Program-made: the position numbers and the translations under genes
DNA from: an uncultured virus (IMG/VR IMGVR_UViG_3300030419_004292)
Taxonomy: Duplodnaviria; Heunggongvirae; Uroviricota; Caudoviricetes
DNA length: 64,000 nt
Direction: 5' to 3' (one strand)
Virus record (IMG/VR): IMGVR_UViG_3300030419_004292
Part shown: positions 47,138 through 55,867 of the stretch, piece after piece
How positions within the stretch are numbered: the first letter of the stretch is position 1
Layout of the letters: each line of letters begins with the position of its first letter
Notes under the pieces: generated by a model
Seen by the model: only the letters and a program-made list of their open reading frames with translations
Told to the model about the DNA's origin: nothing
The model's database searches: none

Positions 47138-50100
47138 CTACGGCCCACCACCGCCGCCACCGCCACCGCCACCGCCACCGCCGCCACCGCCAGTGGCAAC
47201 ATACAACGGAAGATAGTATGTAGTTCCGTCAACTTTAATTTCTAAGACCTTGCTGTCATATTGATAATCACTTCCAGAATCAGCGGTGGTCCCTTTCTTA
47301 AAATCTACAATCTTACTTCCGTCAATTACCACTGCTTCAGTGGGAGTAGACCCTGCTTTAATTGATAAATTACTGCCAGTTTTTGATAATCCACCGAATG
47401 TTGTTCCGCCGTCTTTTAAAACAATATCTGCTCCATCGGCATCAAGGATAATATCTTGTCCAGAATCAATAGTAATGTCGGCAGCAGTAGCCCCATTTCC
47501 AATAGTTACGGCGGCATCACCAACTGAAATGTCGTCAGCCGCCACGCCTCCGCCAATATTCGCCCCGTTAAATTTTAATGTTCCGCCCTCATTGTATAGT
47601 GTATTCGTAGTCACCGCAGGGGCGTTGTCTGTCAAAACTATGCCAGAAGCACCCACTTTAACTCCACTACTCTGAACCCAAGCATCGTGTCCGAAGGCGT
47701 CTATTGTATACGACGGGCTTTCTGTTCCGACGCCAAACTTGGCATTCAGAACTGACATATAATCTCCAAATTTCCCTGAAAGCAATGCGTCATCAGCTAC
47801 CGTTGACCCACTCGCTACAACAAAACCATTTGCAGGAGCTTGTGCATAACTACCAAGAGCTATACCGTTAGCGCCTAATGAATCTGAATTGTCTCCTATT
47901 GATATACCGTTAGCGGCAGCTACCTGAGCACTATGCCCAATTGCAATACCATAGTTTCCAGCAGACTGAGTTGATTCTCCAATAAGCACACTAAATCTTG
48001 CAGAATTGCTTGATCCAGCGTTTTTACCGATTCCCACGCCATCACGAGGACCGTCAGAAGCATACCCGATAGAAACTCCGTCTTGATTGGCGTAAGAGTC
48101 CTTTCCAACTGCAACACCATCATTTGCTGCTGTTTGGGCATAATCTCCAATTGCTACCCCCGCCTGAGAAGAAGATGAGGAGTGTCCAACAGCAACACCA
48201 TATCTAGCAGAAGTACCCAGTATACCAACTACTGTAGCGGTATTATTGGTTACATAAGAACCACTCCCTAAAGTCAAAACTTTTGTGTATGAAGCGTCTG
48301 CACTATTCGACAAAATATTTCCGCTTGCAATCAGCAGTCTGTTGGTTTTGTCCCAAGCAAAAGCAGCATCACCACCAAAACTCCCACCATCGTTAAACTG
48401 AACCTGAGTATCAGAACCACCGGGACTTCCACCCCCTCCACCAGCAGCAGCTTCCCACGCAGCCGTTCCATCAGCCTGAATAGTTAAAACATCTCCATCT
48501 GAAGCTCCAGCGGCGCTAACAATACCCATAGCTCCTGCCGAAGTTCCAGCAAGAATGCCTCCCGTACTAATAGCAGAAATATCAGCCTCTATGCCGCCTC
48601 TCTCATGCGTTAATGTTCCAGCATTTATGTCGCTGGCGTTGTGGTTGTGAGAAGATGCTGCTTTGCCATCAAGCTGCGTCTGAATTGCAGAGGTGACTCC
48701 ATCAACATAATTAAGCTCTGTTGTACTGAGCGTTGCCCCATCAAGAATGTTTAGCTCTGTTGCGCTTGAGGTAATCTTAGTTCCCTCTAGATAAACACCA
48801 GAAGCCCCAACCCTAACTCCGCTAGCCTGAACCCAAGCGTCATGACCATAAACGTCTAACTTATAAGAAGGTGACGCCGTGCCAATACCGACCTTGTCAG
48901 CGCTACCATCAACAAAGAGCAAGTTAGCGTCAGTGTCACCTTCAACTCTAAAATCAAAAGACTCGCCTTGCTCATTGATACAAACCTCATTAGCGGAGCT
49001 AGCGTCTATTGATAAATACTCCTTACCGCCAGCGACAATACGAAAATCGTCCCCGCCAACAAAATGGAGAAAGGTATTAGAATCATCCTTATGAAAGACC
49101 TTCTCAGCTATTTCGATATCTCCATCTATCTTCAACGTATCGGTGGCATGACCCCACGTTAAATTAGACTCGTATTCGAAATCATCCCCACCAGCATTCA
49201 TGTAAGGTATCTGATTGTCAGAACCAAAAGAAACTGAGCTACCACCACTAACCGTAGACCAATAAGTAGCTCCATTAGCGTTACTTGTAAGAACTTGACC
49301 TGCTGATCCTTGACCAGAAGGAAGGATAAGATCGTAATCTACATGGCCAGTTAAAGCGGTGGGAGTCTTGAGAGTTACACCGGAACCAGCGTGGTTATGT
49401 ATAGCGACTCCAGAACCCGCATAAACACCACTGGCATATAAGTTTTTATAACCTATGGCATAAGTTCCAAGATCTATATCATGCAGGACCACAGGAAGAA
49501 TACCGCCATCAGTAACTTTAACTTGATGGGCGTTGTCGGCATAGAAATGTATTTCATTAGCCGTTTCAAAATCAACCTTGGTTTCATCATCCTCACCTAT
49601 TTTGATATCGGTGGCGAGCAGAGATGTTATCGTTGTCTGTGCAGCATCAACAGCAAAACTTCTATTGGCACTGATATCTCCACCACCGCTTAAGCCGTCA
49701 CCCGCCGTAAGAGTAACTGATGTATGGTCAATATGTTCATTGGCTACAAAATTAGTTAAAGAATCGTGGTCTGCTAAATTGACTACACTCGCCACATCAG
49801 CCTTACGAATAGCGTTGCTATTATCCGCATCAGAAATTAATAATTCGTCTCCAACCGCTGGAGACCCCAGATCTGTTGTACCATTAATGTCCACGTTAAT
49901 GGTTCTCGTGGAGGCAATAGTGCCACCACCACTCAATCCGTTACCGGCAGTGATACTAACAGAGGTGTGATCAACATGTTCATTAGCCACAAAATTGTCG
50001 GCAGCGTCGTGATCTACGGTGAAAGTTAAATCATAGGGATCACCATCTGTTCCGTTGTCTGTGTCAGTCCAGTTAATGTCAATTCCAGCCCCCTCAATGA

Positions 50101-52630
50101 ATTTGACTTCCTTGCTTTCAGTGATAGTAACCTCAGTACCATCTCCGTCCTCTAATATGAAACCGTCACCCATGCTGTTCGTATCATTATCAGCGGCCCA
50201 ATAAGTTGCCCCTCCTCCATTACTTTTTAAAACCTGTCCAGCACTGCCAACACCAGAAGGCAATATAAGATCGTAATCTTCAAAGCCTGTTAATGCGGTT
50301 GGAACTTTTAGAGTTACGCCAGAGCCAGCATGGTTGTGGATAGCTACACCAGATCCAGCATATACCCCACTGGCATATAGGTTTCTATAACCGATAGCAT
50401 AAGTTCCCAAGTCTATATCGTGTAAACGTATTGGATTAACTGCTCCATCAATTATCTTAACTTGATGAGCGTTGTCAGCATAGAAATGAATCTCATTGGC
50501 TGTCTCAAAGTCAACTTTTGTTTCATTATCTTCACCAATTTTAAGATCTGTGGCGAGAATGGAGGTTATGTTTGTTTGCGCGGCATCAACTGAGAAGGTT
50601 AAATCAAAGGGATCTCCATCACTGCCGGTACTGGTGTCTGTCCAGTTGGTAGTAATGCCGTCACCAATGAATTTAACTTCTTCATTGTTTGAAATGGATA
50701 CTTCATCCCCGCTATCATCTTCTAATATCCATTGAGACATGGACCCACCGCCTGCGGCAGTTGCCCAATAAGTATGGACCCCGTCAGAAGTCAATATCTG
50801 GCCATCTGAACCCGTGCCAGATGGCAATACCAAGGTGTAGTCTCCAAATGTAGCTGGAGCTTCGATCATTACCCCCGACTTGGATGATCCATGTATCGCA
50901 ATACCAGAACCTGCGTATAGCCCACTCGCGTATACGTTTTTGTATCCGGCTGCAAAAGTACCCAAATCTACATCATGTGCAGTAGCTGGATTAACCGCCC
51001 CATCTATAACCTTTATCTGATGCGCATTATCTGCGTAGAAATGTATCTCGTTGGCTGTTTCAAAATCAACTTTAGTCTGATCGTCTTCTCCAATTTTAAT
51101 ATCTGTGGCTAATATAGAAGTTATTGTGGTTTGCGCGGCATCAACGGCAAAACTTCTATTGGTGCTAATATCTCCACCGCCACTTAAGCCGTCACCCGCT
51201 GTAAGCGTAACTGAAGTGTGGTCAATATGTTCGTTCGCAACAAAATTATTAGCTGCATCGTGATCAATTGTAAATGTTAAATCATAAGGGTCGCCGTCTG
51301 TACCGTTATCCGTATCAGTCCAGTTAATGTCTATACCGGCGCCTTCAATAAATTTAACTTCTTTGCTTTCAGTAATAGTAACCTCAGTGCCGTCCCCATC
51401 CTCTAGAATGAAACCGTCACCCATACTGTTTGTGTCATTATCGGCAGCCCAATATGTAGCACCGCCGCCATTACTCTTCAGGACTTGCCCAGCAGTTCCT
51501 GCACCGGACGGTAATATTAGATCATAGTCTTCAAAACCAGTTAGTGCCGTTGGAACTTTTAGCGTCACTCCCGACCCGGCATGATTGTGTATTGCTACCC
51601 CAGAGCCAGCGTAGACCCCGCTAGCATAGAGATTCTTATACCCAATAGCATAAGTACCTAGATCTACATCGTGTAGAGTGACTGGTAGTAGCCCACCATC
51701 GACAAGCTTTACTTGGTGTGCATTGTCCGTATAGAAATGTATTTCGTTTGCAGTTTCGAAATCGACTTTTGTTTGATCATCTTCACCGATTTTAATGTCT
51801 GTGGCTAATAAAGAGGTGATCCCAGTCTGTGCTGCGTCTACACCTATAACTGAATTTGTCGCAGTGAGTCCATCACCGGCAAACAAAGTAGCCAGATCGT
51901 GAACGGCCTCTTTTCTACTGGCGTTAGAGTCGTTGGTGTCTATAATAGCTATAAAGTCACCATCAGCAACAGACGCCGCAGTCAACTCATTCAAATCCAA
52001 AGCCAAACTTACGCCGCCGCTGGTTCCACCACCACTCAAACCGTCTCCAGCAGTTACACCAGTGATATCACCCGTAGTTGTAGAGTAACCATAAGACTCA
52101 ATTTTATCTGCGATAGAAGCAGATGTCATTAAGCTTGTGTCATTATCGACAAATGACTCTGCTGACTTCTGTAGGGTGGTAATTCCAACGCCATCTAGAA
52201 TAAGACCAGAAGCTCCTATTCTAATACCGCTAGCTTGAACCCAAGCATCGTGACCGTAGACATCCAAATTATAGGATGGGGAATCAGTTCCTATGCCTAC
52301 AAAACCACTGCCATCTTTAAATATAGCTTTATCGCCGGGATAGGTTGCAAATACGGTGTGCGTACCACTACTAAGACTAATTTTACTACCAGTGCTACTG
52401 GCAAGAAGGGTTGTTCTAGCCAGCGTGTCTGGGGAAGCATCGGTGACTGTGCCTAGACCAACTTCCCACGCAGTACCATTAGCATCTGTAATTGCATAGT
52501 ATGTAGTATTACCATCACCAACACCAGCTACAAATGTTCGAAAACCACTAGCTGCGCCAGCTAAATTTACAGTACCTGTACCGGTTGTTGTGGTAGTTTC
52601 TTTTACTCTGTCAACTACTTTAAGAGCCAT
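47138..52630 (-). CDS. Long fibre protein with internal repeats and YadA-like head repeats
   Basis: 'DRVKETTTTTGTG' N-terminal anchor; VGIGT-SPS repeats; four about 60-aa repeats; YadA-head-like AIG repeats; C-terminal poly-Gly. Confidence 0.75.
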   Translation of the reverse strand: MALKVVDRVKETTTTTGTGTVNLAGAASGFRTFVAGVGDGNTTYYAITDANGTAWEVGLGTVTDASPDTLARTTLLASSTGSKISLSSGTHTVFATYPGDKAIFKDGSGFVGIGTDSPSYNLDVYGHDAWVQASGIRIGASGLILDGVGITTLQKSAESFVDNDTSLMTSASIADKIESYGYSTTTGDITGVTAGDGLSGGGTSGGVSLALDLNELTAASVADGDFIAIIDTNDSNASRKEAVHDLATLFAGDGLTATNSVIGVDAAQTGITSLLATDIKIGEDDQTKVDFETANEIHFYTDNAHQVKLVDGGLLPVTLHDVDLGTYAIGYKNLYASGVYAGSGVAIHNHAGSGVTLKVPTALTGFEDYDLILPSGAGTAGQVLKSNGGGATYWAADNDTNSMGDGFILEDGDGTEVTITESKEVKFIEGAGIDINWTDTDNGTDGDPYDLTFTIDHDAANNFVANEHIDHTSVTLTAGDGLSGGGDISTNRSFAVDAAQTTITSILATDIKIGEDDQTKVDFETANEIHFYADNAHQIKVIDGAVNPATAHDVDLGTFAAGYKNVYASGLYAGSGIAIHGSSKSGVMIEAPATFGDYTLVLPSGTGSDGQILTSDGVHTYWATAAGGGSMSQWILEDDSGDEVSISNNEEVKFIGDGITTNWTDTSTGSDGDPFDLTFSVDAAQTNITSILATDLKIGEDNETKVDFETANEIHFYADNAHQVKIIDGAVNPIRLHDIDLGTYAIGYRNLYASGVYAGSGVAIHNHAGSGVTLKVPTALTGFEDYDLILPSGVGSAGQVLKSNGGGATYWAADNDTNSMGDGFILEDGDGTEVTITESKEVKFIEGAGIDINWTDTDNGTDGDPYDLTFTVDHDAADNFVANEHVDHTSVSITAGNGLSGGGTIASTRTINVDINGTTDLGSPAVGDELLISDADNSNAIRKADVASVVNLADHDSLTNFVANEHIDHTSVTLTAGDGLSGGGDISANRSFAVDAAQTTITSLLATDIKIGEDDETKVDFETANEIHFYADNAHQVKVTDGGILPVVLHDIDLGTYAIGYKNLYASGVYAGSGVAIHNHAGSGVTLKTPTALTGHVDYDLILPSGQGSAGQVLTSNANGATYWSTVSGGSSVSFGSDNQIPYMNAGGDDFEYESNLTWGHATDTLKIDGDIEIAEKVFHKDDSNTFLHFVGGDDFRIVAGGKEYLSIDASSANEVCINEQGESFDFRVEGDTDANLLFVDGSADKVGIGTASPSYKLDVYGHDAWVQASGVRVGASGVYLEGTKITSSATELNILDGATLSTTELNYVDGVTSAIQTQLDGKAASSHNHNASDINAGTLTHERGGIEADISAISTGGILAGTSAGAMGIVSAAGASDGDVLTIQADGTAAWEAAAGGGGGSPGGSDTQVQFNDGGSFGGDAAFAWDKTNRLLIASGNILSNSADASYTKVLTLGSGSYVTNNTATVVGILGTSARYGVAVGHSSSSSQAGVAIGDYAQTAANDGVAVGKDSYANQDGVSIGYASDGPRDGVGIGKNAGSSNSARFSVLIGESTQSAGNYGIAIGHSAQVAAANGISIGDNSDSLGANGIALGSYAQAPANGFVVASGSTVADDALLSGKFGDYMSVLNAKFGVGTESPSYTIDAFGHDAWVQSSGVKVGASGIVLTDNAPAVTTNTLYNEGGTLKFNGANIGGGVAADDISVGDAAVTIGNGATAADITIDSGQDIILDADGADIVLKDGGTTFGGLSKTGSNLSIKAGSTPTEAVVIDGSKIVDFKKGTTADSGSDYQYDSKVLEIKVDGTTYYLPLYVATGGGGGGGGGGGGGGGGP
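47144..47191 (-). repeat. GGN codon run encoding Gly16
   Basis: 16 consecutive Gly codons (GGC/GGT, one GGG) before the final Pro and stop. Confidence 0.9.
49260..51835 (-). repeat. Intragenic protein repeats in the fibre gene
   Basis: Four copies of DAAQT.ITS.LATD.KIGED..TKVDFETANEIHFY; three of ILED..G.EV; three of DHD...NFVANEH.DHTSV. Confidence 0.85.
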
Positions 52631-52700
52631 CACATCTCCCAGTATATTGCGAGTATATATATATTGCCTGCATCAATTCCATTGCAATAGAAATGATTCC

Positions 52701-52716
52701 TAAAGTATTATACACC
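52701..52716 (-). promoter_or_regulatory. Candidate late-promoter motif GGTGTATAATACTTTA
   Basis: Matches the 4051-4066 copy at 15 of 16 positions; lies just after the capsid terminator. Confidence 0.65.
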
Positions 52717-52722
52717 GTTTAT

Positions 52723-52755
52723 AAAAAAAACCGCCCCCTTTTATCAAGGAGGCGG
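52723..52755 (-). terminator. Intrinsic terminator after the major capsid gene
   Basis: Minus-strand RNA CCGCCUCCUU-gauaa-AAGGGGGCGG followed by U8. Confidence 0.85.
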
Positions 52756-52780
52756 CTTCTTATGTCAGCAAGCGAGCTTC

Positions 52781-53791
52781 TTAGAAGGACGCCGCGATAA
52801 CTCTGCGGTTATCTAGGACTGCGAAGCCCATTTCGGCCCAACCGTAGTAACCCTGTCGTTGCTGACGGTGAAGAGTGTCATCTTCAAAGATCTGGATTTC
52901 CTGCTTCATCGGCATGATGAAACTGTCGTTCGCGCCAAGATCAAGACCAATAACCAATTCCTTATCGGCTGACTGTAGCCCACCGGCTAGGTCAACGTCA
53001 AAGAATAGCTGGTATTCTTGACCTTCACCGAACTCATCGAGATCGTGAAGATTAACACCGAAGATTCTCGTAAGAGGCGCGCCGTCATCGGCAGATACAT
53101 AGATCTCGCGACGAGTTACTTCGTCTACCTGATCGATGCCCCAGTTACGGATATCTTCAAGACCTTCGGGACTCAGGAACATGTCGGTCAAACGACCACG
53201 GTTCACTGAGGCCGTGTTCCCACCGCCGTTACGACGCATGACAGTCTTCATAAGAGAAACTAGTCTCTTAGTAAACTGACCAGCCGCAGCGTCACTGTCG
53301 TAAACCAAAATGTTGCGGTCCACAGCAGCGGCTAGAAGGGTGTGCCAGCCATCATCGTTAATCTTCTTAACGAATGAGGCTTCAAGTACCTGTAGCGCAC
53401 GGCCAACAACGTCCCAGCGAGCCTCACGGGCATATCGCAGAAGAAAATCAATCGAAGAACTAATGCCGTAGGTCGGGACCATGACATAATCGCCTTCGAC
53501 GTGACGTTCTGGAATACGTCCGTGGCCGGGATTGGTGTAGGCAACGTACTGGTCTTCTTCACCGGGAGCCAAGAGATCCAAGGGGAACTCTGTGGTGGTT
53601 CCGGGTTCCATAGCGATGGTTTCAAAAATACCTGTAACAACATCGCCTAGAAGGACGCCCTTACGCAGAGGTAGTTCTAGAGCCTTGGCGATTTCTCGTT
53701 GAGCATCTAAAGCTACGCCTTTCTCTGAACTGCCAGAAAGTTTTAGCAGTTCGATAAACTTTTCGTCGGGTCTGTTCATGTTAGTACCCAT
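52781..53791 (-). CDS. Major capsid protein (HK97 fold, inferred)
   Basis: 336 aa; follows the portal, protease and decoration genes; C-terminal 'GYYGWAEMGFAVLDNRRV' P-domain-like strand; strong RBS and terminator. Confidence 0.85.
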   Translation of the reverse strand: MGTNMNRPDEKFIELLKLSGSSEKGVALDAQREIAKALELPLRKGVLLGDVVTGIFETIAMEPGTTTEFPLDLLAPGEEDQYVAYTNPGHGRIPERHVEGDYVMVPTYGISSSIDFLLRYAREARWDVVGRALQVLEASFVKKINDDGWHTLLAAAVDRNILVYDSDAAAGQFTKRLVSLMKTVMRRNGGGNTASVNRGRLTDMFLSPEGLEDIRNWGIDQVDEVTRREIYVSADDGAPLTRIFGVNLHDLDEFGEGQEYQLFFDVDLAGGLQSADKELVIGLDLGANDSFIMPMKQEIQIFEDDTLHRQQRQGYYGWAEMGFAVLDNRRVIAASF

Positions 53792-53821
53792 ATCGTTTTA
53801 TCTCCTTAGCTTAGAAGCTGA

Positions 53822-54316
53822 TTAAACATTGGTGTTAGGAAGGTCGATAGCTACCTTGTAGTAATCATCTTCGTCAGCACCGGACAAGAATCGGCCAACA
53901 AGTCTTGTTGAACCGTCAGCATCGGTGTCGTCGTTAGACAAGTCTGACGCAGCGAGATTACCACTGTGAGCTAGATAAGCAGGATCTCCAGCGCTGGGAG
54001 CAGTGCCTTCAATGTTGCTAGTTACAACCCAACCTCTGGTTAGCAGGGTAACTTTGCCACCCCTAGCGATCTCATCCTTGTGCCAGTTAACGTGCTGGCG
54101 GGTGAGGTCGATATCAACCATGTCATTGAGCAGCAGGCCAACAGCGACCTTGCCTGAAGGTACAGCAGCGTAGGTTACTACGGCCTTACCCTGATCCATA
54201 GCAGCACCAGAACCAGTGGTCGAACCGTGACTTACAACACCGCCTCTGGTAGCAGCTTCATCCATAAAGAAACTGATATCGGTCTGTAGTTCATGTCTGT
54301 CTGATTTAAGAGCCAT
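53822..54316 (-). CDS. Capsid decoration/cement protein
   Basis: Between scaffold and MCP; 'GLLLND', 'GGKVTLLTRGWVVT', 'AGDPAY', 'VGRFLS' beta-tulip-like pattern. Confidence 0.65.
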   Translation of the reverse strand: MALKSDRHELQTDISFFMDEAATRGGVVSHGSTTGSGAAMDQGKAVVTYAAVPSGKVAVGLLLNDMVDIDLTRQHVNWHKDEIARGGKVTLLTRGWVVTSNIEGTAPSAGDPAYLAHSGNLAASDLSNDDTDADGSTRLVGRFLSGADEDDYYKVAIDLPNTNV

Positions 54317-54334
54317 GATATTGTTTACTCCTTA

Positions 54335-55813
54335 TTAGTTATTATCTAAGTTAGCTGTTGAACGAAGAACGTTGTTCTCCAACCACTCGCTAGCAGTAGA
54401 TCGTGCCGAAACGACAGAGTCGTCTTCAACAGTGTCCGCTAGGGCGATCTCTTCAGCGCTTTCTTCAACTTCTTCTAAGGAGTCAGCAGTAGCTTCTGCC
54501 TCATCAATCTCCTCATCAGAAACAGTTTCGACGACTGAAGCTTCTTCTTTTTCTTCTTCATCGTCTTCAGTCTTCTTCTTGTCATTCCACTTCGCAGTTA
54601 GCAAAGCAACAATTTCATCGAACATTTCGTCGTCTGCACTAGCAAACTTTTCGATGATTTCGTCTACTTCTTCTGCGCCAGCTTCGACCAGAGCAGCCTT
54701 ACGGGCAGCTAGCTTAATTTCGACTTCGTGAGCCTCAATCTTCGCTAGAGCTTCTGTAAGCTCTTCCTGCTTCTGAGTGATTTCGGCTTCTAGAGCTTCA
54801 GTCTTCTCAGTAGCTTCTGTAAGCTGTGCTTCAAGAGCGGCAGCAGCTTCATCTTTTTCAGAAATAGTAGCTTCAAAAGCTTCTACCTGAGCCTTAACTT
54901 CTTCTTCTTGTTTTGCAAGAATTTCTTGTTTGGCGGCTTCCGCAGCTTCCCTTGCACCAGCAAGTTCAGCTTTTAGCTCGTCCACCTGCATTCGCAAACT
55001 ATCGTCGGACATATTAATCTCCTTGATATTAGTGTCACTAATAAGCGTTGCTTTAGAGTTTTGAAAAGGATCGGTTGTATTAGGAAGTATGACGCTTCTT
55101 GGATTAGCTGGATTATTTACTAAGCCCTTACCAGAAAATGAAATATTTCTCAGCATACGCCCCACTTTGTAGCCTTCATACTCACCAGTACCACCATAAG
55201 CCCTCAAATGTTTAGTCAAAAATGCTGAAGCCTCGTCTCTCTGGACAATCTGGTTGTTACCTTCGGGAGAAACTACAGCGTAATCAAAATTATTAAATAA
55301 GCATTCCATGGATACAAACCATTTACCATCTTCAATTTCAGCGATAAGCCTTTCCATGCGTTCTTTTAATTCTGGATCACTCCAACTATTGTATAGCACT
55401 GCGCTTGTTACAATATTGAAGGACTCTGGAACTTCGGTTTGGTCGTCACTGATAACATTGCCCTCAAAATCAGTAACAACGTTTGCGGTAATATGCCCGA
55501 TGATATCCGATTCATCGTGCATAAAATTAAACTGTTTATCTTCTGGAGTATTTCTTGCGGCCCAAGTTTCTGCAATGTCAAAGACATCGTCGTTTTTATT
55601 CCAGCCGGTAGAAACTAGCACAGAATTTAGATAATATAAATCAACCTGATTTAAATTACTTTTCCCCTGTGACTTAGTAGCCAGAAGTTTTGCCCTCTCC
55701 ACCTGTTCCTCAGAAGGAACATAAGCACATGCAACAGATGCGTAACTAATTGCACCAGCTTTTGCTAAAGATGACTCAAGGCCATCCGCTATTTCTTTGG
55801 GATATATATTCAT
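54335..55813 (-). CDS. Prohead protease-scaffold fusion
   Basis: 'NKNDDVF', 'NFMH', 'IIGHI', 'VSMEC', 'FSGKGLVNNPANPRSVI' protease motifs; acidic coiled-coil C-terminus. Confidence 0.75.
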   Translation of the reverse strand: MNIYPKEIADGLESSLAKAGAISYASVACAYVPSEEQVERAKLLATKSQGKSNLNQVDLYYLNSVLVSTGWNKNDDVFDIAETWAARNTPEDKQFNFMHDESDIIGHITANVVTDFEGNVISDDQTEVPESFNIVTSAVLYNSWSDPELKERMERLIAEIEDGKWFVSMECLFNNFDYAVVSPEGNNQIVQRDEASAFLTKHLRAYGGTGEYEGYKVGRMLRNISFSGKGLVNNPANPRSVILPNTTDPFQNSKATLISDTNIKEINMSDDSLRMQVDELKAELAGAREAAEAAKQEILAKQEEEVKAQVEAFEATISEKDEAAAALEAQLTEATEKTEALEAEITQKQEELTEALAKIEAHEVEIKLAARKAALVEAGAEEVDEIIEKFASADDEMFDEIVALLTAKWNDKKKTEDDEEEKEEASVVETVSDEEIDEAEATADSLEEVEESAEEIALADTVEDDSVVSARSTASEWLENNVLRSTANLDNN

Positions 55814-55831
55814 TTTGTATTACCTCTACAA

Positions 55832-55848
55832 AAAATATACACCACATT
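55832..55848 (-). promoter_or_regulatory. Candidate late-promoter motif GGTGTATATT
   Basis: Intergenic, upstream of the protease gene. Confidence 0.6.
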
Positions 55849-55867
55849 TGAAAAAAATCACTTTTTT

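Noticed and set aside
49260..51835. Repeats as CRISPR array or DGR template/variable repeats
   Set aside because: In-frame protein repeats with synonymous rather than adenine-specific differences; no spacer structure and no reverse transcriptase in the window
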